Origin: Flavobacteriaceae bacterium
GTDB lineage: Bacteria; Bacteroidota; Bacteroidia; Flavobacteriales; Flavobacteriaceae
Length of the DNA: 32,000 bases
NCBI GenBank assembly: GCA_965224465.1
Contig: OZ245049.1
Location: 1,830,001 to 1,862,000 of the forward strand
Direction: 5' to 3'
Positions 26,460 to 32,000 of this stretch are shown in pieces. The notes under the pieces are model-generated. The model was not told where the DNA came from and did not search any database. It worked only from the letters and a program-made list of their open reading frames with translations. Both the position numbers and the translations under genes were made by a program. Each line of letters opens with the position of its first letter. Position 1 is the first letter of the stretch.

Positions 26460-27917
26460 ATGAATTTTACATCAGTAATTAAAAAATTTCCGAGAGCATT
26501 TTGGATAGCAAACACCATGGAACTCTTTGAACGATGGGCATGGTATGGTTTATTTGCGGTATTGGCAATCTATTTAACCGCTTCCGTGGACACAGGAGGT
26601 CTTGGATTTTCACAAATAGAAAAAGGTGCCTTAATGGGATCTGTAACTTTTGTTTTATATTTATTACCTATCATAACGGGGGCTCTTGCTGACAGAATTG
26701 GTTATCGTAAAATTTTAATTATCGCTTATTTAATCTTAGGCTCTGGATATTTTATAATGGGGCAGGTTACAGGCTATGCTGTAGTATACGCTTCCTTCTT
26801 ATACATTGCAATTGGAGCCGCTTTATTTAAGCCTGTAATTTCAGCAACCATCACAAAAACTACCACAGATGAGACCTCTTCTATTGGCTTTGGTATTTTT
26901 TACATGATGGTAAATGTAGGTGGATTTTTAGGTCCTATTTTCTCTTCTAAATTGAGAGAAGAATATGGATGGAACATTGTATTTTTGATGGCAACATCCG
27001 CAATTGCAGTAAATTTAATTCTTGTTTTATTCTTTTACAAGGAACCAGAAAGAGAAAAATCTACAGAAAGCTTAGGAACTACATTAAAAACATCGTTAAA
27101 AAACATTGTAGAAGCACTGTCTGATATAAAATTAACACTGTTTTTAATTATCATGGTTGGATTTTGGACCATGTTTAATCAATTATTCTATACGCTCCCT
27201 AATTATATAGAGCAATGGATCAATACAAGTTTATTGTATGATTCCTTAAGCAATATCTCTCCGTATTTATCACAGGCATTTGGAACTAAAGAAGGAACCA
27301 TTGCACCAGAAATGTTTATTGTATTAGATTCTGGATTCATCATATTATTTCAACTTTTAGTTTCTACCGCAGTCATGAAATTAAAACCGTTGAATGGAAT
27401 TATTACAGGTATTCTTATTACTATATTAGGTATTGGACTTTCATTTGCAACAGGAGATGGGATGTATGTAGTTTTAGGGATCTTTATATTCTCTATTGGA
27501 GAAATGGCAAGTTCACCAAAATTCACAGAATATGTTGGTAAGATTGCTCCAAAAGGGAAAGAAGCTTTATACATGGGGACATCATTTTTACCCGTAGCAT
27601 TAGGGAATTTATTTACAGGCTTTTTATCTGGAAATTTATACCAATCTTGGTCAGATAAGCTAACTTTATTACAAGAAGAAGTTGCGAAAAGAGGATTGAA
27701 TATTCAAGAAATTGGAGACACCTTTTCTCAAAATGATTACTATGCTAAAGCAGGAGATTTGATGGGAATGGATCAATTACAACTCACAGAGTTCTTATAC
27801 GCTAACTACAACCCTTCTAAAATATGGATCGTATTTAGTTGTATCGGTGTTGCAACAGTTATTTGCTTATTCTTATACGATAAATTTATTATTCGCAAGG
27901 TTGCTGATAAGGCATAA
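26460..27917 (+). CDS. MFS transporter of the POT-related type (paralog 2, divergent)
   Basis: Start set at ATG 26460 (MNFTSVIKKF...), because the ORF-track TTG start at 26427 lies inside the upstream terminator. It has a degenerate POT motif MELFERWAWYGLFAVL and FGIFYMMVNVGG. Confidence 0.8.
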   Translation: MNFTSVIKKFPRAFWIANTMELFERWAWYGLFAVLAIYLTASVDTGGLGFSQIEKGALMGSVTFVLYLLPIITGALADRIGYRKILIIAYLILGSGYFIMGQVTGYAVVYASFLYIAIGAALFKPVISATITKTTTDETSSIGFGIFYMMVNVGGFLGPIFSSKLREEYGWNIVFLMATSAIAVNLILVLFFYKEPEREKSTESLGTTLKTSLKNIVEALSDIKLTLFLIIMVGFWTMFNQLFYTLPNYIEQWINTSLLYDSLSNISPYLSQAFGTKEGTIAPEMFIVLDSGFIILFQLLVSTAVMKLKPLNGIITGILITILGIGLSFATGDGMYVVLGIFIFSIGEMASSPKFTEYVGKIAPKGKEALYMGTSFLPVALGNLFTGFLSGNLYQSWSDKLTLLQEEVAKRGLNIQEIGDTFSQNDYYAKAGDLMGMDQLQLTEFLYANYNPSKIWIVFSCIGVATVICLFLYDKFIIRKVADKA

Positions 27918-27949
27918 ATTAACAGACCTCTAGTCCCACGGACTCAACC

Positions 27950-28174
27950 TAAAACAATTACAATCCAAAATGACCGATATAAATAGTTTATTTTATGTAC
28001 TAGCGTAGTTGAAAAACAGAACGATAGCGAAGGCTATCCTTAGATTTTCCGCCTAGCTAGAATACCAATTAAAATCCAAAATAATTCTATTTCTAAACCG
28101 TCACTTGGAGATTTAGTTGGTATAACAAAAAATAATACCAATTCTAAACTGTCACTTGGAAATTTAATTGGTAT
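27950..28174 (+). repeat. Copy C, a composite: long element ending in a complete short palindromic unit (28062-28123), plus a second tandem short unit (28135-28174)
   Basis: ACAATTACAATCCAAAATGACCGATATAAATAG ... TTGAAAAACAGAACGATAGC-GAAG-GCTATCCTTAGATTTTCCGCCTAGCTAGA, then ATACCAATTAAAATCCAAAATAATTCTATTTCTAAACCGTCACTTGGAGATTTAGTTGGTAT, then ATACCAATTCTAAACTGTCACTTGGAAATTTAATTGGTAT. Confidence 0.85.
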
Positions 28175-28260
28175 AACAGGTATTTAAAACGTTTCTAAAT
28201 TATTTTAGGAGCGTTTTTTTGTATCTTGCCCTATCAACATTAAACATAAAATTTTCCTAT

Positions 28261-30045
28261 ATGAGTACCTCAAAAAATGAATTTTTCGACAGTAATGTCC
28301 TTGGGCATCCGGCAGGCTTATTTGTCTTGTTTTTTACAGAAATGTGGGAGCGATTTAGCTACTATGGAATGCGTGCATTATTGATCTTATTTTTAATTTC
28401 AAAAATAGAAGATGGCGGTTGGGGCTGGGACAGAGCGGAAGCTGTTTCTCTTTTTGGATGGTATGTAATGCTTGTCTATTTCTTACCTCTTTTAGGAGGA
28501 TGGTTAGCAGACAACAAATGGGGGCATGTAAAAACAATCCTTGTAGGTGCCAGTAGTATTACCGTAGGACATGCAGCCATGGCGGTTGCAGATTTGGATT
28601 TAGGCGTAGATCTTAAATTCTTATTTTATATAGGTATCTTATTAATAATTGTAGGAACGGGACTTTTTAAGCCAAACATGTCCGCAACTGTAGGTAAAAT
28701 GTACCCTGCTAATAGTGACAAGAAAGATGGTGCCTACACCATATTTTACATGGGTGTAAACTCTGGATCTTTTATTGGTATTTTACTTGTAGGTTGGATC
28801 GGAGAAAACTTTAGCTGGAGCTGGGGATTTGGATTGGCTGGTATTTTTATGTTTTTTGGCTTGTTGCAATTCTATTTTGCACGTTCTATTTTTGGAGAGG
28901 CAGCAAACAAACCGCAACCAAAAATATATGAACTATCAGAAGAAGAACAAAAAATACGTGTTCCTTTTACTCAAAAAGACCAAATCTTATTGCTTATTGG
29001 TGGTTTTTTCTCCATTACATGGATTGTAGATGGCTTGTTCTCTGTAGTTACTAGAGGGCAGCATTTTTTGGCGGAACAAGTATTTAGTTTTAACATATTT
29101 AATACAGAAATAGCTGTAGGAATGCCTACATTATTCTTTATCCTATCAATTATTGTCTTTGTTATTTTAGGAAGCAATCGAATTGTACGATTTCAAAAAG
29201 TAGAAAGAGACCGTCTAAAAGTAGTGTTTATCATCGCCTTTTTTGTGATTTTCTTTTGGGCAAGTTTTGAACAAGCAGGAACTTCTATGACCATCTTTGC
29301 AAAAGATTATACCGCAAGAACATTATCAGGAAACTGGAGTCTTTTTTACAAAATAATCGACTTTGTATTGTCTATAGGTCCCATGCTTATCTTGACGGGA
29401 ATTATTTATAAATTGGCACAATCTATTTACAAAAAATACCCGCTAACAATTTTGTTTACAAGCATCAGCTTTGTCATTATTTGGGCACTTGTAATATTTA
29501 GAGTTTATGATAAAATAACTGGAGACTCTACATTGGTAGACACCTCCTGGTTTCAAATATTAAATCCATTTTTCATTATTACATTAGCGCCTTTATTTGC
29601 GAAATTATGGAAGAAATACAGCTTTAGTGCGCCTCAAAAATTTGCGATTGGCTTGTCGTTGCTGGCAGCTGGATTTGGAATGTTGGCATTTGGATCGTTA
29701 AGTATTCCAAACGGAGCAGCCACGGCACAGGTAAGCATGGTTTGGTTAATTTTAGCTTTCTTGTTTCATACCATGGGCGAATTATCCATTTCTCCTGTTG
29801 GTCTATCTTACGTAAGTAAGTTAGCTCCAGCACGTATGTTGGCATTCTTATTTGGTATTTGGTATGTATTTACTGGACTCTCTGGGAAATTAGCCGCTAC
29901 CATGGCAGAACATATGGACGGAATTACAGAAACCACTGGAATGTCTGGATTTTTCTTGATATTTACTATTGTCCCTCTAATTGCAGCAGCTGCTATTCTT
30001 TTATTGAACAAAAAAATCAAGAAAATGATGCATGGGATTAATTAA
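28261..30045 (+). CDS. POT/PTR2-family proton-dependent oligopeptide transporter (paralog 3, long form)
   Basis: Start set at ATG 28261 (MSTSKNEFF...) rather than the TTG at 28219. It has the POT signature TEMWERFSYYGMRALL and YTIFYMGVNSGS, plus a central insertion with two extra TM helices, as in 14-TM bacterial POTs. Confidence 0.88.
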   Translation: MSTSKNEFFDSNVLGHPAGLFVLFFTEMWERFSYYGMRALLILFLISKIEDGGWGWDRAEAVSLFGWYVMLVYFLPLLGGWLADNKWGHVKTILVGASSITVGHAAMAVADLDLGVDLKFLFYIGILLIIVGTGLFKPNMSATVGKMYPANSDKKDGAYTIFYMGVNSGSFIGILLVGWIGENFSWSWGFGLAGIFMFFGLLQFYFARSIFGEAANKPQPKIYELSEEEQKIRVPFTQKDQILLLIGGFFSITWIVDGLFSVVTRGQHFLAEQVFSFNIFNTEIAVGMPTLFFILSIIVFVILGSNRIVRFQKVERDRLKVVFIIAFFVIFFWASFEQAGTSMTIFAKDYTARTLSGNWSLFYKIIDFVLSIGPMLILTGIIYKLAQSIYKKYPLTILFTSISFVIIWALVIFRVYDKITGDSTLVDTSWFQILNPFFIITLAPLFAKLWKKYSFSAPQKFAIGLSLLAAGFGMLAFGSLSIPNGAATAQVSMVWLILAFLFHTMGELSISPVGLSYVSKLAPARMLAFLFGIWYVFTGLSGKLAATMAEHMDGITETTGMSGFFLIFTIVPLIAAAAILLLNKKIKKMMHGIN

Positions 30046-30075
30046 AAAAAACTTAATTTTTTTGAACACATAATT

Positions 30076-30105
30076 AAGACCTAGGATTTCCTAGGTCTTT
30101 TTTTT
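30076..30105 (+). terminator. Rho-independent terminator after POT paralog 3
   Basis: AAGACCTAGG-ATTT-CCTAGGTCTT followed by TTTTTT: a perfect 10-bp stem. Confidence 0.85.
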
Positions 30106-30160
30106 GAAATACACTGATAGCACTTCGCATTGTGCATCTTCTAAATCACAACAAATAAAC

Positions 30161-30314
30161 ACAATTCAAGTACAATCTAAAACAACCGATATAAACAGTT
30201 TATTTTACGCTCTAGCGTTGTAAAAAAAAACAGAACGATATCCATCCATTTTTTACCTGGCTAAAACAAAAAATAAGTCCATTTACTAGCTGTCACTTGG
30301 AAATGTATTGGTAT
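30161..30314 (+). repeat. Copy D of the dispersed intergenic element (internal hairpin deleted)
   Basis: ...CAAGTACAATCTAAAACAACCGATATAAACAG ... AAACAGAACGATATCCATCC ... CATTTACTAGCTGTCACTTGGAAATGTATTGGTAT. It is collinear with copies B and C but lacks the GATAGC/GCTATC stem. Confidence 0.8.
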
Positions 30315-30582
30315 TACTTACTAAAGATTGTAAATCCTCAGGAACTTCAAATCCAAGTTTAATACTCCTTTCACTTAAACATCTCTTATGATTTTGTTTT
30401 TTCAAATTACTTCCGTCACTAAAAAATAACTTTCCTGTCAGATTGTTACTCATTATAAGTCATGAGCCAATTAGTAATGTCAATCGACTCAACCTAAGAC
30501 CAAAAGCATAAACCAATATAATTTCAGTTTATCCAATCACATACATTTCAATAAAAATTTATGACACTCTATAAGTTATTAT

Positions 30583-30590
30583 TATATTTG
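30583..30590 (+). promoter_or_regulatory. Candidate -7 promoter box (TAnnTTTG) for the thioredoxin-like gene
   Basis: TATATTTG lies 64 nt upstream of the ATG at 30654. Confidence 0.3.
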
Positions 30591-30653
30591 GAACACTTTT
30601 TGTAAAGTTTTAAATAAATTACGACAAAATCAACAACATTAAAAACAGAACAG

Positions 30654-31196
30654 ATGAAGAAATTAAGTATCCTTTTTATTTTACTAGTAACTATTAGTAT
30701 CCATGCACAAGAAATAAATTGGATGAGTTTGGAAGACGCCGTAACTGCTCAAAAAACGAATCCTAAAAAAATTATGATAGACGCCTATACCAAATGGTGT
30801 GGCCCTTGTAAAATGCTAGACAAAAATACTTTTCACAATGCAGATGTAGTTGCCTATGTAAATAAGAACTATTACGCTGTAAAATTTGATGCAGAGGGAA
30901 ATAAAGATATAACCTACGAAGGAAATATTTATAAAAACCCAAAATACGATCCAGCAAAAGCAAATAAGAGAAATAGCGGACATCAATTGGCTGCTTATTT
31001 TGGAGTAAGAGCTTACCCTACAATTATCTTTTTAGATACAAAAGCAAAACTAATAGCTCCTATTCCTGGATATCAAAAACCTTCTCAACTAGAAATATAT
31101 TTAAAAATGTTTAACACAGACGCCTACAAAAACATACAATCCAAAGAGGATTATGAAAAATACATGGGTGAATTTGATTACACTTTTAAAGAATAA
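30654..31196 (+). CDS. Secreted thioredoxin-fold protein (thioredoxin family / DUF255-like)
   Basis: 180 aa with signal peptide MKKLSILFILLVTISIHAQ, redox motif WCGPC (YTKWCGPCKML) and a cis-Pro region (VRAYPTIIFLD). Confidence 0.8.
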   Translation: MKKLSILFILLVTISIHAQEINWMSLEDAVTAQKTNPKKIMIDAYTKWCGPCKMLDKNTFHNADVVAYVNKNYYAVKFDAEGNKDITYEGNIYKNPKYDPAKANKRNSGHQLAAYFGVRAYPTIIFLDTKAKLIAPIPGYQKPSQLEIYLKMFNTDAYKNIQSKEDYEKYMGEFDYTFKE

Positions 31197-31198
31197 TT

Positions 31199-32000
31199 CT
31201 ACTCCTTTACTATAAATGCTCCTTTTTTCGACGTGTCGTAAAAAGGAGTTTTTTGTTGTAGACATGTCTGCTCCCATTTCTTTTTTAACGAAGGATAGTT
31301 AGAACCATCAGCAACAATCAAGGCAGGTTTTAAGTTAGCAATTAGCCGTTCCAAATTTATTTTAGGCGATGCTCTAAGCAAAACGATACTCGGGCTCCAC
31401 TTTTTCACATTGTATATTCCTTCCTTAGCTACCACCAAGAGTATTTTGTCTGAAAACAAAAGCAACGAAGGAATCGAATTCGACACAAAAGCTTGTTCTA
31501 TTCCTTGTTTATTTTGATAACTACGCAGTAAAAAACCGGAACGAACATCCATGCTATCCGAAACATAAACATTGAGTTCATATCCACTACGAATCAAAAT
31601 TTTACTTTTCTTATACTCTTGGTAAACAATTAATTCCGATTGTTTTTCTAACACATACTTATGATACAAAAAGCTGAATTGCAATCCAAAAACAAGAAAT
31701 ACCATTGCATAAAATAAACGCCATCTAAACCGATCTATTAAAAAATAAAAAGCAACTAACAAACACAAACTAATCCCTAACTGGATTCCCGAAAAACGAA
31801 TGTGCTGTACTAAAAACAACTCTTGATTACTCACCCAGTTCACAATGGTATTCATATAATAAATCAGGGCAGAAAACACCGATATAAACCATGTAACTGG
31901 AATTCCTAATAAAGCAAAAACAATGGTAAAAACTCCCGTAAATAAAAGCACCGCTAGCATTGGAACAATACACAAATTACTAATTAAAAACAATAAAGGA
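31199..32000 (-). CDS. comEC: ComEC/Rec2-family competence membrane protein, C-terminal part (5' end lies beyond the window)
   Basis: The minus-strand frame stays open to nt 32000. The ORF-track Met at 31993 is a TTG codon inside a longer ORF. There are several TM helices followed by a soluble C-terminal tail (IVADGSNYPSLKKKWEQTCLQQKTPFYDTSKKGAFIV) resembling flavobacterial ComEC C-termini. This was recognised from memory only. Confidence 0.55.
   Translation of the reverse strand, partial: PLLFLISNLCIVPMLAVLLFTGVFTIVFALLGIPVTWFISVFSALIYYMNTIVNWVSNQELFLVQHIRFSGIQLGISLCLLVAFYFLIDRFRWRLFYAMVFLVFGLQFSFLYHKYVLEKQSELIVYQEYKKSKILIRSGYELNVYVSDSMDVRSGFLLRSYQNKQGIEQAFVSNSIPSLLLFSDKILLVVAKEGIYNVKKWSPSIVLLRASPKINLERLIANLKPALIVADGSNYPSLKKKWEQTCLQQKTPFYDTSKKGAFIVKE

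Noticed and set aside
28062-28174. Two adjacent similar units separated by an 11-bp spacer, considered as a mini-CRISPR or tandem repeat array
   Set aside because: There are only two units, each is an internal palindrome, the spacer is far too short, no cas genes are present, and the units belong to the dispersed repeat family.
30286-30453. 55-aa minus-strand ORF (MSNNLTGKLFFSDGSNLKKQNHKRCLSERSIKLGFEVPEDLQSLVSNTNTFPSDS) upstream of the thioredoxin-like gene
   Set aside because: Its last 9 codons or so and its stop come from repeat copy D, no family was recognised and no promoter box was evident. It may be a gene remnant truncated by the insertion, but I cannot support a CDS call.
1-32000. 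Scan for tRNA/rRNA genes, CRISPR arrays, integrases, prophage or defence-island content, and tandem gene cassettes of unknown function
   Set aside because: I saw none by eye. The only mobile-element signal is the dead RAYT and the repeat family, and the unknown proteins are isolated small genes. I cannot run tRNAscan, Infernal or HMM searches, so small structured RNAs could have been missed.

Overview
This is a low-GC Bacteroidota chromosomal segment, most likely Flavobacteriia. Supporting signs are TAnnTTTG-type -7 boxes, mevalonate-pathway genes, a GYDIA-family kinase and many YwqK/MORN proteins. Most of the window is ordinary core metabolism. In order it holds: the 3' part of mrdA plus rodA; a divergently DeoR-controlled MurNAc/anhydro-MurNAc recycling operon (SSF symporter, murQ, anmK, a 966-aa FAD/Fe-S dehydrogenase); rluB; and mevalonate-pathway genes in two minus-strand blocks. 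The first block is mvaD, a YwqK gene, mvk and a UbiA prenyltransferase. The second is class II HMG-CoA reductase, a GYDIA GHMP kinase and an HI0933-like flavoprotein. The blocks are separated by a visibly more AT-rich, accessory-looking wedge (cupin, thiamine pyrophosphokinase, lipoprotein, secreted YwqK/MORN protein, decayed RAYT-type transposase). The window ends with DPP-IV followed by three tandem POT-type transporters, a secreted thioredoxin-like protein and the 3' part of comEC. The least ordinary signal is non-coding: a dispersed family of about 150-160 bp intergenic elements with imperfect terminal inverted repeats and a conserved internal hairpin. It occurs at five loci, plus 40-62 bp collapsed palindromic units, and one unit sits inside the decayed RAYT pseudogene. 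I found no tRNA, rRNA, CRISPR array, prophage or convincing new multi-gene (for example defence) system. The functional proposals below are inferences from gene content and linkage only.
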